Assembly: GCA_038496445.1 (NCBI GenBank)
Contig: JALMLS010000378.1
Span: 62,001 to 126,000 of the forward strand
Origin: Trichosphaerium sp. ATCC 40318
Lineage: Eukaryota; Protista; Tubulinea
DNA length: 64,000 bases
Direction of reading: 5' to 3'
Position numbers and translations under genes: made by a program. This document shows positions 1 to 13,376 of this stretch, piece after piece. The notes below the pieces were generated by a model. It saw only the letters and a program-made list of their open reading frames with translations, was not told where the DNA came from and ran no database searches. How positions within the stretch are numbered: the first letter of the stretch is position 1; each line of letters opens with the position of its first letter.

Positions 1-1799
1 AACCTAAATTAAAGAGTCTCAAAGCTTTTTATATTGGCGTCTAATTGCTTGCTTAGTATGCTGTAATGGCCGTTGTAAATAAATGTAAGAAGCTCATAGA
101 AGGTACTACCAGATTGTATAGTGAATGTATCTTGTCACTAACGATGATTGTAGAAAACGTTCGATTATTCTCTGGTTGCTTCCAAGTACGTTTTTAACAG
201 AAAAAAATAAGAAAATTCTGCAAAGCACGTGTTAATTTTTTACTAGTATCTCAAGCTCATAGATAGCTACGAACGTTTAAATGACTTTCCTCAAATTATT
301 TCAGAATGTCATCATAGCTTGATAGTGTGTATCCTAAAACGTTTCCTTTTCACAACTTTTGTGCACAATACAGAACTTCTGGTTTAACTTTAACACAATG
401 AAAGATTTTAAAGAGTTCGAAGACATTTTCGCCTTCAAGAACGTCCATGAAGATTTTTTGAGGTACAGTCGAATTATAGAGTTTACGGTTTGGTAAATGT
501 ATTAGTTTAAACGCAACAGCTCTCAAAATTCTGCTTGATAGTAACGTCTTGAAAGTAACTTCAGAAAACTCAATTTTTCAAGGATTGGGTAAGACCAAAA
601 CCTATTTGCAGCGTTCCTCTGCTAATTCTTGTGGTCTTGTAGTGTTATGGTTAAACGAAGATAAATCAAGGAAATCGTATCTTCCAGAACTCATAACAAA
701 GCTTAGATTTGCTCAAATGGATGTACGTATAGCGCGGCAAGATATGAGATTAATTTTAAAAAAGGTAAACTTCATAACAGATGTTGTTCTTCAAAACGCT
801 GATGTTAAGGAACTTGACGAGTTTCTGGTACGTGAAATGGTATTGATTATTAACTAACAAAATCTTTAAGGAGCTTGTACAAGTTGCTTTAATGTTCCAC
901 AGCTTCACAGAAAAGCGTAAACGAATATCAAAGGATCACTATTTCGGTCCAAAATACGAAAAAATGTTCATCACTAGAGATATAATAAATAAGGCACGTG
1001 ATACATCTAAATAGCATGGATTGTTTAATTATCCAATAGAAGCGAGAAACACGATTTGAATGGGAGGTAACAAATGTATCTGAAGTAGAAACAGAAATGT
1101 CAGAATCATTTTATCTCAACGGATACTATTTGTACGTTCGGATCGAAGAAGAAAGAATCCTTCACGACTGTGTTCTATGTCTGAATATTCGAATCGTTAA
1201 CGATTTTATAATAGGTGCCTTGTGTTGAAGAAAAAGCGAAGGAGAGAACATTTGGAGTTATACTTGTACACAGTAAGTGATTGTTACAACAATCTCTTTT
1301 AAATTTTGTTTATCTAACTTCTTCCTACAGGATGAGCACCAAACGGTTCGTGTTTATATATTTTACTTTACTACATTTCCTTAAAACGTACTAAAATATA
1401 TGCGTTAGCCACTTCCAGATAAGTATTTCGTTGCTGGTACGTCCGTCTTCACCTTTTTTGTTTTTAATTTGTTCAAAAAAAACTGATGTCATTGCTAGTC
1501 AAGTATAGATTTTGGGTTAAAGGTATCAATGTCTTTAAAATTAAGACTTTTTTTAACACCTAAGATAGACGTAAGAAGCGTAGAGTGGCATCCGACAACA
1601 GATAGGTGGTATGAAAACGTGTTCACTGATTTTTCAGGATATGGTACCAAATCCTTGCTTTTTTAAAATGAGCTTACTAACTCACCTACAAGGTACCTCC
1701 CGGTTCCTTAGTTGTGAGGATATAGCAAACGGTAATTGCTCGTATGTAAGTGATAACGACAGCGTCAGTATCCGCGTTGATGTAAAAATGGGCGATTAA
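1..1799 (+). CDS. BTB-BACK-MATH-like protein (5' truncated, multi-exon), probable Cullin3 adaptor
   Basis: Spliced reading gives a BTB end (YAVMAVVNKCKKLIE), BACK motifs (LLDSNVLKVTSENSIFQGL..WLNED..ELITKLRF) and MATH/TRAF-like segments (RFEWEVTNVS..SESFYLNGY..GTSRFLSCEDI..DSVSIRVDV). A GC-AG intron at 994-1039 joins BACK to MATH in frame. Confidence 0.65.
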
Positions 1800-2081
1800 T
1801 TTATAAATACAAATAAGTCGGTGATACACAATATGCCGTATTTATAAAAAAAAAACCACTCAACACTGGTTTGGTATCACGTGATACTTTAAGACATTTG
1901 GTGTACAGTTATTATTATCATATACAAGCCTTTGCTAGTACTTGTTTTAGACAGAACCAGTCGTATATTTAGCGGAAAGTTCCTTAATTGGATGGACATG
2001 TTACTGTGTTAAGTGCTGGTTTGGTAGCCAAAAAACTGTCGTAATAATAGAACGAGAGCAAGTCCGGCGTACGCCTCGATC

Positions 2082-2671
2082 ATGAATGTGTATAACCAGA
2101 AACAATCAGACATGTACTAGGTCATTTACAATTAATGTTTATTCTAACAACTAACTGTAGCCTGCTTTCGCTCCCTTTAGAGCTTCAATACATTATTTTT
2201 ACATTAAATCAACAAGTTTTCAAGGTATGGCCTTTATTATGCAGAAAAGCAGCTCTTTCATCTCGGTTTAACGAAAAATACAAAAAACAAGGCGAATGGC
2301 GCCGTAAAACTAAAGAAGGTTTACTCCTTTCTCAAAGATTTGACAACGGAGAGGAAAGTGGTATTTATAAAGAGTGGCATGAGAACGGAAATCTCAAGAG
2401 GATGTGTCATAAAGTGCGTGGGCTGAAGCATGGTGAGAGCAAGAGATGGGGTCCTGATGGGCGCTTGAAAGAACATTGTTTCTTTGAGAATGATGATGAG
2501 ATTGGGGAGTATAAATGGTGGGATGGTAGTGGAGTTTTACATGAGTACTATTATGAAAAAAGAATTGAAACAAAGAGGAAATTCTCCATTGTAGAAGTAC
2601 TCGATAATGTCATTGACGGATTTAAGAAATCATTTGTTGCTAAACCTGGACGCTTGGCTTGGGTGTATTGA
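2082..2671 (+). CDS. F-box-like + MORN-variant (YwqK-like) repeat protein
   Basis: LLSLPLELQYIIF F-box start; repeats GIYKEWHENGNLK / HGESKRWGPDGRLK / GEYKWWDGSGVL; one intron at about 2113-2160. Confidence 0.7.
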
Positions 2672-2841
2672 CATTATGTTCATTAAAAACAGTTGTTGGT
2701 ACCAACTATATTCCCGCTTTCGTTCAGCAAAAAGTGGATTTGCAAGTTGCAGAAACTATGATCCTGCACATGCGTCATTACAATAAAAAAAGATTCCCGC
2801 TATACACCAATTTTGTCGTTCAGTAATAAATCACATATTTT

Positions 2842-3158
2842 CACTTGCTTGGTAAGGACATTGAGGACATGAGGATGTTATTCAGGCCGTTGTCAAGCCA
2901 GACGGGCACTGGCAACCCCTCATCAAACCCACCGGACGGGAGTCCAACAACCCAACACCCAACACCCAACACCTATCAAAAACTAAAAACTTATCAAAAA
3001 CCTTGTAACACCCACAGCCCCCCATAGCGGGTGTGGTTCACCCGCTTGTCTGTAATATCGTTTAGCAGCGAAGGGATCGTAACCCTTAGTGTTTGCTGTG
3101 CTACATGCCTAGGCATGTGTGGAATGTACCGTCGTGTCAATAAACTGACTTAAAAAAA
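2842..3158 (+). mobile_element. Possible non-autonomous insertion (about 320 bp)
   Basis: GC-richer island flanked by a 14-bp direct repeat AAATCACATATTTT (2828, 3159), ending in AATAAA plus an A-run; internal hairpin AGCGGGTG-tggtt-CACCCGCT. Confidence 0.3.
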
Positions 3159-3246
3159 AAATCACATATTTTGAGTTTTGAACAAGCTGTTAAACTCAGT
3201 TGAGCTATTCATTATGTAGGGATTGTTTTATTTACATGTATACCGT

Positions 3247-4045
3247 TTAAAAAATATCGTGAATGGTGGTTTTGCCTTCTCTCATCTTTCGTCTTTTGTT
3301 TCTTTCCTCTAAATTTTTAGGAGGTGCTGGCTCTAAACTTGTGACTTGACGTAGTGTGATGGATAACCTCCTTCCTTTGTGAACTTTTACGCTGTCAATA
3401 ATTTGATCTTTTTTGAACTCAATACCGTGTTGCCAAACCATACTATGATAGAAACGTGTTGAGTCACAAAACAAGTTACGAAAAATATAGGAAAAAAAAA
3501 TATACCGTGAAGGACCTGTCATGACATATAAAGATCTTCGTTGCACGTGCACAGGCACTGTTTTTTTAATATCCAAATTACGGAAATGTACAACACAATC
3601 CGTTAACAGTGATAAGCAAGCAATCTCAGGGCCAAAACAATGTATTCTATCCTTGTGAAAGCGTATACCTTGAGAACCATCATAGTCATTACAAATGACT
3701 TGATCAAACGGTTGCCAATCGCTATTAATTGCTTCAATACGCTTTACTACAGACTCTAGAAGAGGTGGCATATCTAGACGGTCATTAGCGCATTTAGCAA
3801 CGCGCTCAGTCTGTTCAAACGTTAAGAAAAGTTCATAACTTTTAATACGCTTCAAAACATGCCTCATAGTCGTATTCATGTATAAATTGTTGTACACGAC
3901 GTGCTGTCAGCTGTTCCCATGTGTATTTGTTAATAGAAGCTAAGATTTGAGTTTCCTCTTCAGTGGATATGAAGTTAGGTACGTATAGGAGGCCTTCAAT
4001 GGTTTGGTGTCGAATAACCGTAAAGTTATTGGTAGACTTGCTCAT
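3247..4045 (-). CDS. AlkB-family 2OG-Fe(II) dioxygenase
   Basis: GLLYVPNFISTEEE, RRVQQF, NDY..GQGIRFHKD (HxD), SLYVMTGPSR, WQHGI, RLSITLR. The two overlapping ORFs are joined by a GC-AG intron at 3811-3862. Confidence 0.9.
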
Positions 4046-4179
4046 TATCACTGCATTCGCGCAGAATACAATCGACGCGACTAGTTATGCCTAAATCAAG
4101 CGATTTTAAACGGAAATACAGTCAACACCATTAAAACACCACAAGCTGCGTTATATCATCAACAGTACACGCACCGCTT

Positions 4180-4794
4180 ATGAATACTCTTTCCTTGTTA
4201 CCACCAGAGCTACTCCATTGTATTTTAAAGACAATAGATACCCCATTGCTTTTACTACGCGTCCGTGCGCTCAATACTGGTTGTAATAACGCTGTAGGAG
4301 CTATTCAAGAGAAACAGTTTAAACTATTCATAGAACGCGATTATCGCGCTGAAACAGACGGTAGTTATACTTGGACTCAATTGTTCAAGAAATGTAAAGA
4401 ATTTAACGTATTAGGCAAGTGGAAAACAAGAGTATCAGGTAATTCAGATGGACAAGCATTGCTTGACTTGTCTATGTCCACAACCGATATCCCTGACCTC
4501 TTGCACTATGATATTGTATTTAACAGGTGTTCCAACGATGATAGTGGGCATGGCAAAGTGTTACAAGGTTGTGGTATATTTCCTAAGCAAGGAGGATGGA
4601 CGAGAGAAATTCCTTTCGAATTCGTTGGTTTTTTTAATCCAAAAACTTTTGAAATAAGTGGCTCTATTACATGGACAAGCGCTGGTACTAGTAACCTATC
4701 AATATCTGTAAAATTTGCGAACAAAACAGCATATATTACAGGCACATATAACAACGGACCAAGCACAGGATGGATGAGAATGTTTTCAGAATAA
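4180..4794 (+). CDS. F-box protein with uncharacterised beta-rich C-terminal domain (intronless)
   Basis: N-terminal LSLLPPELLHCILKTI F-box motif; 204-aa ORF followed by AATAAA. Confidence 0.6.
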   Translation: MNTLSLLPPELLHCILKTIDTPLLLLRVRALNTGCNNAVGAIQEKQFKLFIERDYRAETDGSYTWTQLFKKCKEFNVLGKWKTRVSGNSDGQALLDLSMSTTDIPDLLHYDIVFNRCSNDDSGHGKVLQGCGIFPKQGGWTREIPFEFVGFFNPKTFEISGSITWTSAGTSNLSISVKFANKTAYITGTYNNGPSTGWMRMFSE

Positions 4795-4883
4795 CAAATG
4801 TATCAATAAAATACTAACTTTGGACACGTGACAGATCAGTACCCAATTTAACTGAAACTAAAATCGCACTGCTCAAGTGAATT

Positions 4884-7046
4884 TTATTCTAATGGCAATC
4901 CTACTTTCTTGTTTTTCATACGAATCTTTGTAATACCATTTGAACGGTGCGATTAATCTGCCTCTGACGGAATCTGTATGGAAATAATCTTTCACGAAGA
5001 GTTGGTGACTTTTTTAGAGATATGACGATAGACAAGATTACGAGTATTATGATGCCAACAACTATACTTATTATCACCTAATATACAAAGAGTCAGAAAA
5101 GTTAAAGAAGCAATGTTATGCGTACAATGATTATCCAATTTGTACTATTACATCCTGTTTTTGAACTTACAATTACCACAAGACTTTTTTCTTTAGGCAA
5201 AATATTAGTACTTGTATTACAATAAAAGTTTGTGCCTTGTTCGACAACAGACTTTTGAGTACATGAATCTTCATTACTGATTGATACAATTGGTCGTGTA
5301 AGGTTACAATAATCGCCTAAGATAGCGCGTAATTGTCAGTACTTAGGTTCAACGCATGTTAGTTTGGCTTACCTTGCCATTCAAGTATTGAAGAAGATTG
5401 TTTAAAGTCATTAACCACAAGAGTTGAGTTTTCATGAGGAAGAAAGCATCCGCCCACAGTTATCTTAACTCCTTCATTCAAGACAACAGTAGATCCACTT
5501 GGAACGATCAAATCGCCTTGAAAGGAATTATTAAAACATGCTCCAATATTTCAAACTTTCACGTGCCATCGAAAAACAAAGGTTCAGTAACCTGTAATGT
5601 TCCATTGACTACAGCTTTGTTTGATGGAATTGGGGGTAACGTTGATACAATTGAAGGTGAGACGATAGGTATTGCAGATGGAGGCATTGAACTTGGTGAA
5701 AGAGTTGTTGTAGTACGCAAAGTTGGCGGCTCTGTCCTAGAAATAGGAGCATCTGGTGTTGGAGCTAATGTTGTTGGGGGCTGCATACTTGGTGGAAACG
5801 TTGGTGGAAACGTCGGTGGATCCAATGGTGGTGGTACAGGCGGTACAAGCAATGATAAATTATCGAGAAAGATTTTGTTCGTATCCAAGTTTGAAGCATT
5901 GTTCCCAAGTAGAATATATGCTATTTTCCCTAAACTAAGGTTACAAGGCCCAACAAATCGTGACTTGCCGTTGAAGTTTGTGCTGCCAATAGTTATCCAC
6001 CGCAAATTAAATGGAATATTTACAGTTGCGGAAAGCTCAGATATTGTTCCATTGATGTAGAAGGTGCCGCTTGATCCTTGTTTAATCATTGCGATGTGTG
6101 TCCATGTGTTTGCTTGTATATTTTCATCCAATGTTAAAGTTTCAGTCTCATGAGATATTGTTGCGCGCCCATTTACTATGCTTTGTAATTAACAACCTCT
6201 GTTCATATTTCGTGCCTATGGAGATCCGAAAATCTGTTACCATACTAATCGATGGCATAGAAATTACTTCAATGGGTGTGTCAGATAGTTCTAAACGGCT
6301 TTAGTTTTTTTTTTTTGTTGCTACATGCCTGTGTAAACCCAAAAAGATAACACCAGGTTCTGCGAATCTATTTTGGTACCGAGAGGGTATAACGGCGAAG
6401 GTATTCCGGGCAGACTTGACGAAGCCTTTTAGATGTCAGACTAGATTTGACAATACCTTGTACATTTAATTTTAAGCGATATTGCTGCATGCATGTTACA
6501 TTCTAAGTTGTGGTTAGTTTTTAATGTTAACTCTAAACGTTCCTGGGGGTTGCTGTGACAAAAAATGGCTACAATATCAATCAACAAACAATACTTGAAG
6601 GAATGCTAACGCACGAGGACCCAAAACAAAGTGATGAGGTTGACCTTCAGTCATATTGAAAATTGGCACGATAGCGATTTCACTCCCGATATGAAAGCTA
6701 ATAATGAGCTGCTGACATTTTATGCTTTCTGTTATAGGCAAAGTTAAATTTGTATCCACGTCCTGACTCTCAAGTCTAAAATGATCGACAAAGCCTGAAT
6801 ACTCAACTTGTATCTCACTACGAAAGTTGTAATAATCTTCTACAATTTTTAAGCATACCATAGCGTGAGGTTAAAAGCACGAAAGATGTCATCACTTGCG
6901 GTAATATCTACAATTGCCCCAACCTATTGTAAAAATGTAAATATGACACACGACTTCATTTTTGTGACCTGCGAGTAAGCCACTGTTAGTACAAATGCGA
7001 AATTCAGCAGGGTTATCAACTGACTCTGTGATGTGTTCAAACACAT
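4884..7046 (-). CDS. Type I membrane protein family, copy 1 (signal peptide, LamG/ConA-like domain, Pro/Thr stalk, beta domain, TM, basic tail)
   Basis: Signal ending VAYSQ; WTHIAMIKQGSSGTFYING (LamG-like); PT-rich stalk; VNGTL..GDLIVPSGS; TM followed by KKSPTLRERLFPYR. Integrity of all exons not verified. Confidence 0.6.
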
Positions 7047-7106
7047 TAAACAAGTAGAGAGAAGGTGTGGTTGTCGCTAGATCTCCAATTTGGTAGCTTA
7101 GAAAGT

Positions 7107-7140
7107 GTATTCAAGAAATGTCCACGTTCACGTGATTTTA
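7107..7140 (-). promoter_or_regulatory. Conserved upstream element of the tandem family (GTATTCAA..ATGTCCACGTTCACGTGATTT); also at about 9577, 12130, 13108, 15533
   Basis: The same motif lies about 60-100 bp upstream of each paralog start although the flanks diverge; it contains the E-box TCACGTGA (degenerate in the pseudogene copy). Confidence 0.55.
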
Positions 7141-7414
7141 AGTTTTTAACTTTTATTACTCTTGTTCCGGAAGAAATGTTGCAGAGTATTCGATACCATG
7201 GTGAACATATCAAAAATTTATGTGGTGACGGATATTGCTCAACAAGGTGACATCTTCTTTCAAACAATGTGACTTTTGATTTCTTCAGCTGTAAAGAAGG
7301 CTTGGTTGTGTATCTAATTTATATGATGCAAGAAACAACTTTGGTATGTATTTGAAAGTGATCATAGAATTATAGTGACAATTTACTGTGGAAAAAACTA
7401 AGACAAATTTTATT

Positions 7415-9514
7415 CTAAGGCAATCCTATTTTCTGGTATAGATCTTAACTTTGTGACACCATTTCTTTACGATTAGTATTTCTCTTATATGATCTGTATG
7501 GGAATACTGTTTCACGGAGGGCTGGAAACTTTTTTAGAGATATGATGATAGCCAAGATGACGAGTATTATGATGCCAACAACGACGCATATTATCACCTA
7601 ATAAAACGAAGTGAGTAGGTCAGGGTAAAGCAAGTTGTCATTTTACAATGATAATCCAAGCTGTATTACATCCTTTGTTTGAACTCAAGATTACCACAAG
7701 ACTTCTTTCTTGACAAAAGACATCAGTACATATACAAATACGAGTTCATGCCTTGTTCAACAACAGATTTTTGTCTACAAGAATCTTCATTGTTGATTGA
7801 TACAATTGGCAGTGTAAGGTTGCAAGAATCCCCTAAGATAGCATGTAAAGGTGATGGTCGCACATGGTAAGGTGTATAGCTTTAAGATGTTGATAACTTA
7901 CCTTGCCATTCGACAATTGAAGAAGATTGTTTAAAGTCATTAATTACAAGAGTTGAGTTTTCATGAGGAAGAAAGCATCTACCCACAGTTATCTTAACTC
8001 CTTCATTCAAGACAACAGTAGATCCACTTGGAACGATCAAATCACCTTGAAAAAAAACATTAAAACGTGTCAATAGTTTTACTTTCACGTGCCATCAAAA
8101 AACAAAGGTTCAGTAACCTGTAATGTCCCATTGACTACAATTTTGTTTGATACACTGTTGTTCATTGGAATTGAATCAATTGAAGGTGACTCGGTAGGCA
8201 TTTCAGTTAGAGGCAATAAACTTGGGGAAAGGGTTGTGGGCAAAGTTGGTGATTCTGTAGTGGGACTTGGAGCTTCTGTTGGAGATATTGTTGTTGGTAA
8301 TGCACTTGGACTAACAGTAGTTGGATCCAGTGGTGGCGGTACAGGGGGTGTAAGCAATGATAAATTATCGTTATAGATTTGGTTCATAGCAGAGTTTGAG
8401 ACATTGCCTCTGAGTAGAATATATGCTACAGAACCTAAGTTTGTTAGAAGGCCACGGAAATAAAAGACTTACCATTTAGGTTCTTGCCGCCAATAACTAT
8501 CTCCTCCAAATCAAATGAAAAACTTACAATACCGGACTGTATAGGTTCTCCATTGATGTAGAAGGCAACGGTTGTTCCTTGCTTTATCATGGCGATATGT
8601 GTCCATGTGTTTGCTTGTATATTTTCATCGAAGGAGGTAGGAGCACCACCAAAATAAAAAGTTGGGTACCCTCTGTCTACACTTTTGTTATGAACAAAAC
8701 TCTATTCATATATCGTGCCTATTGAGACGTTGATGTGTAACAAGTTTGAGGCTTGAATAGAAATTACATCAATTGATCCATCAATATGTTCTATTAGTTT
8801 TAGTGCTTTAGTTCTTGCCATGATGATTATGCGTACCTGGGTAAACCCAAAAAGATAATGCCAAGTTCTCCGAATTTATCCGTTCCAAAGGTGAAGGTAT
8901 TCCATCTCTAGAATACGTATCCTTGTAGATTTCAGATACAATCTCTGTATTTATTCGTACGTTTAATTTTAAGCGATATTGCTGCATGCATGTTACATTC
9001 TAATTTGGTGGTTAGAATGCTATTTGTTTGGCACTAAACGTTCCTGGGAGTTGCCGTGACAAAGAATGGCTATGATATTATTCAACAAACAATGCATGAA
9101 TGTTAACGTACGGTGTTCATAAGCAAAGTGACGAGGTTTACCTTCTCTCATATTGAAAATAGGCACGATAGTGAAACCGTCTGTATTGGGGAGCTCCACA
9201 CATTGTATGCTTTCTGTTATCAAAGTTATGTTGGGGTTCCCAACTATTCTAAAATGGTCGACATAGCCCGAGTACTCAACTTGTATCTCACTACGAATGT
9301 TGTAACTATCTTCTACAGTTTTTAAACATACCATGGGAAAGATGTTGCCATTGGATGATCTTTGAGGTCCCCAGTAACTGTTATATCTAAAATATTTCCA
9401 ACAACCTATGAAATACTCAACCAACGCACGTGACGCCATTTTTTGTACCTGCGAGCAAGCTATAGGAAGCAATAAAGCTAAAACAAGACCCTCCAAATAG
9501 AACAGTCCGGACAT
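7415..9514 (-). CDS. Type I membrane protein family, copy 2
   Basis: Same exon architecture and nucleotide similarity to copy 1; signal MSGLFYLEGLVLALLLPIACSQ. Confidence 0.6.
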
Positions 9515-9959
9515 ATTACAAAATATAAATAGTAGAGAGACCGTGTTGCTTCCGTTTTTTTGAAATCTGAAAAGGTGTATTCAAAAAACTTTGACGTTCA
9601 CGTGATTTCACTTATAAAGCATTCAAAAAATGTCCACAGGTTCACAGTAACTTCACTTAAAAAGTGTTCGGTTACACTGGTAAGTCTGGAACTTCTGGAA
9701 ATATCAGACCAAACCACCAGCCTATAGAATGTATTTTGCGTGTAACACTGCCGTGAAAATGGAAATTATCCACCGTTGTAACAATCTAAACGGGCATATT
9801 TTCCAGAACTTCCGCTGAAAATTTTTTTGCGAACTATTTCCTGAAAAATGAAAGACTTAACTTCTCTTCAACTATTCAAGAAAGTCATTGTTTACGCTGC
9901 TACGATTCACAAACAAACATATCAAAGTGATCGCAAATAGTAAGTGACAATTAAACTGA

Positions 9960-12073
9960 GAATTTTATTGCCGGCGCAAGCTTTCTTGTGTACAGTGTTA
10001 CAGACCTAACTTTGAGACACCATTTGAACGTTACGATTGATATTTTTCTCATAGAATCTGAATGGAAATACTCTTTTGCGGAGGGTTGGTGACATTTTTA
10101 CAGATATGATGATAGCCAAGATGACAAGTATTATGACGCCAACAACAACACACATTATCACCTAATAAAACAAGTGATTAGCAGCGTAATAAATGTTAGG
10201 TGTTTTTACAATGATTATCCAATCTGTACTACATCCTTTGTTTGAACTCACGATTACCACAAGACTTTTTTCTTTAGTGCACAAGCTATTAGTACTTGTA
10301 ATCAAATAGAAGTACGTGCCTCGTTCAACAACAGATTGCTGTTTGCAAGAATCACCACTTTCGATGGACACAATTGGTCGTGTAAGGGTACAATAATCAC
10401 CTATTGAATAAGGATTAGTGCACTGTTTTAAACCTACTTCAGTTTCTAGTGCAATGGTTTGATCTTACCTTGCCATTCGACAATTGAAGAAGATTGTTTA
10501 AAGTCATTAACCACAAGAGTTGAGTTTTCATGAGGAAGAAAGCATCCACCCACAGTTATCTTGACTCCTTCATTCAAGATGACAATAGATCCACTTGGAA
10601 CAATCAAATCACCTTGAAATCATTAAAACATGTCATATTTCAAACTATCACGTGCCATCAAAAAACAAAGGCTCAGTAACCTTTAATGTTCCATTGACAA
10701 CAGTGTTGTTTGAATCAATTGACGTGATAGGCGTTCCAATAGGAGGTAATGAAGTTGGTGAAAGAGTTGTGGCCAAAGTTGGAGATGTATTAGAAGGGGT
10801 GTTGTTGACTGTGTACTTGGAACTACTGTCGTAGGATACATTGTGGGAGACATGGTTGGAGGGTTTTGCGATACAAACGTTGACAACTCATTGATATAGA
10901 TGGCGTGCATATTAACGTTTAATACATTTCCAAGTAGGATGTGTGCTACATGACCTAACATTTGTTATAAGGCGAAGGCAATATACGACTTGCCATTGAA
11001 GTTGCTGCCACCAATAACCATCCGCCCCAATTCAAATGAAATATCGACAGTTTCGGACTGTATAAATGTTCCATTGATGTAGAAGGTGCCGTTTGATCCT
11101 TGTTTAATCATTGCGATGTGTGTCCACGTGTGCTCTTGTATAGTTTTATTTATGAAAGTAGTTTTGCCATCGTGATGTATTGTTGGGTACCCGCTTTCTA
11201 CACTGTTGTTATTACTAAAATCTGTTCATATTTCGTGCCTATGGTGATCTCAAACTTCCCAACCGACCTTTTAAATGTAGCCTCCGCTATGTCAAGTACT
11301 TCAATGCGATCAACCGTGTCCTCTTATATGGCTTAGAGCTTTGTTTATTCTGTGATTATACGTACCTAGGTAAACCCATAAAGATAATGTAAAGTTCTCC
11401 AAAGTTAGCCGTTCCAAAGGTGAAGGTATTTCAACTCCAGGATACGTAGCCTTGTAGATTTCAGATACAATCTCTGTATGTTCGTACGTTTAATTTTAAG
11501 CGATATTGTTGCTTGCACGTTACGTTCTAAGTTGGTGGTTAGAATGCTATTCGTTTGACACTAAACATGCCTGCCAATATCCCATACACTCAACAGCTAT
11601 TGTAGCTGTTAACAATAAAAATACCTAAAGCATGCAAAAGTACCATGTAAAAAATTAAAGTGTTTCGGATGACCTTCGGTATCCATGTAAATAGGAAAGA
11701 TATCGAAAGTGATAAAGGACCCAGGTACATCAGTTACTATTTTACGACACTGTAGAGGTTGTTCTATTGGGAAAGTTTCATTCAAGTACTGTGTCTTAAT
11801 TCTAAAATGGTCGACAGACCCCGAGTACTCAACTGTTATCTCACTACGAAAGTTGAAATTATTCTACAATGGTTTCACGTACCACAATGCTTGGAATAGA
11901 TGATCTTTGAGGTCCCCATATACGGTTATATCTGAAATATTACCAATCTACTTTTAATACATAAACAACGCACGTGACGCCACTTTATGTACCTGCGAGT
12001 AAGCTACATGAAGCAGTAATGAGAAAATGAGCGCCTTTGCCAGGCGTAACTGGCGTATTGTATTAAACAGCAT
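9960..12073 (-). CDS. Type I membrane protein family, copy 3 (1-nt frameshift near 10797; pseudogene or assembly error; 3' end approximate)
   Basis: Homologous exons; the stalk frame changes at the GGGG run at 10796-10799. Confidence 0.5.
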
Positions 12074-12269
12074 AAATAATGTAGAGATGTCGTTTTACAA
12101 TCAATATCCACTTTGGTTAAGACTAAAACGCGTTCAACAAATGTACACCAATCACGTGATTTCAATTTTCTAACGAACTTTCATAATTCAATTTTGTTAA
12201 CGTGTCCCAGATAATGAACACCTAACATTCTGTATTCGAACAAAAGAACTTACTGTGGTAAGTGACTGA

Positions 12270-13140
12270 CATGCATGTATTTGTGTCCATGTATATATGC
12301 TTGTATTGCATCTTACGGTAATTAAACCATCTTCATGCATTATTGCAAGGTTTTCCTTTGCTATGCTTTGTAATTAACAACCTCTATGAAAGTCGTACCT
12401 ATGAAGATAGTTAAACCATTGGTGTCCCTCCACTTGGAAATAGTTGCAATGTCCAATGTCCGCTATGTGGCTATTAGTGTTTAGTTCTTGCCATGATTGC
12501 GCGTGCCTGGGTAAACCCAACAAAATAATACCAAGCTATCCGAAGCTATCTCTTCCAATAGTATAGTTATTCCACCAAAAGAATACGTATGTATCTTTTC
12601 GGTTTAGATAACAATCTCTGTAATGATAATTACGTGTAATTTTAGCGATATTACTGCATCACAATACGCCCTAAATTGGTGGTTAACAGGCTAGTTTTAA
12701 CTCTAAACTTTCCTATTGACCGTTGTGATAACTTGGACAATCAACAGCTAATGCAATAGTTAACAAAATATCATGATGAAGCATCAAATACTGGCACAAA
12801 GTACATTAAACTCAAATTGTCGCGATTTGCCTCGTTGGTCATGAAAATCGGGGTAACGTTTCAAAACGCTCCTATCTACACTGCAGTTTATGGGTTCTCC
12901 ACAGTACGTGTCCTATCAAGAATATTTTATTGAAGTATTGGCTCTCATTCTAAAACTATCGGCAGAGCCCGAGTACTCATCTCCAAAAGTGGTGATTATT
13001 TTAACTAGTTATTAAACATACCATCGGCTATTGTCCCTTGGTATTAAGTAGAGATTGGTGTTTATCTCCAAGTTCCGATTTCGTAGTATTTGAAACAGTT
13101 TAAAGCGTATTCAACATGTACACAGTAACGTGATTTCACG
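12270..13140 (-). pseudogene. Truncated, degenerate copy of the membrane protein family (5' half only)
   Basis: Homologous patches (gcctgggtaaaccc, cccgagtactc, aaacataccat, upstream motif) but no stalk or TM exons. Confidence 0.55.
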
Positions 13141-13376
13141 TTAATTAAAATAGCATTCATTGAAATATACTAAAGCGCTGTTACCAACTCAACCAAAGAC
13201 TGCGTATGACAGTATGTGGAAAGTATGGATACCTCGACGAATCTTGCATATCGTTCTGCAGACTTAGGTAGATTTTTTGTGACTCCACGTTCTAAAACCT
13301 TTGGTACGAATAAACTGTTAGCTTGAAGCTGACCTTTGACCGAAGGATGTTCTTGCGTAATTTGCGTACAAGAATT

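Noticed and set aside
3811-3897. Programmed frameshift in the AlkB gene
   Set aside because: A 52-nt GC-AG intron with a pyrimidine-rich acceptor explains the ORF overlap.
5434-6060. Plus-strand Gly/Val-rich ORFs (also 8089, 13905, 49360)
   Set aside because: They are antisense shadows of Pro/Thr-rich stalk exons.
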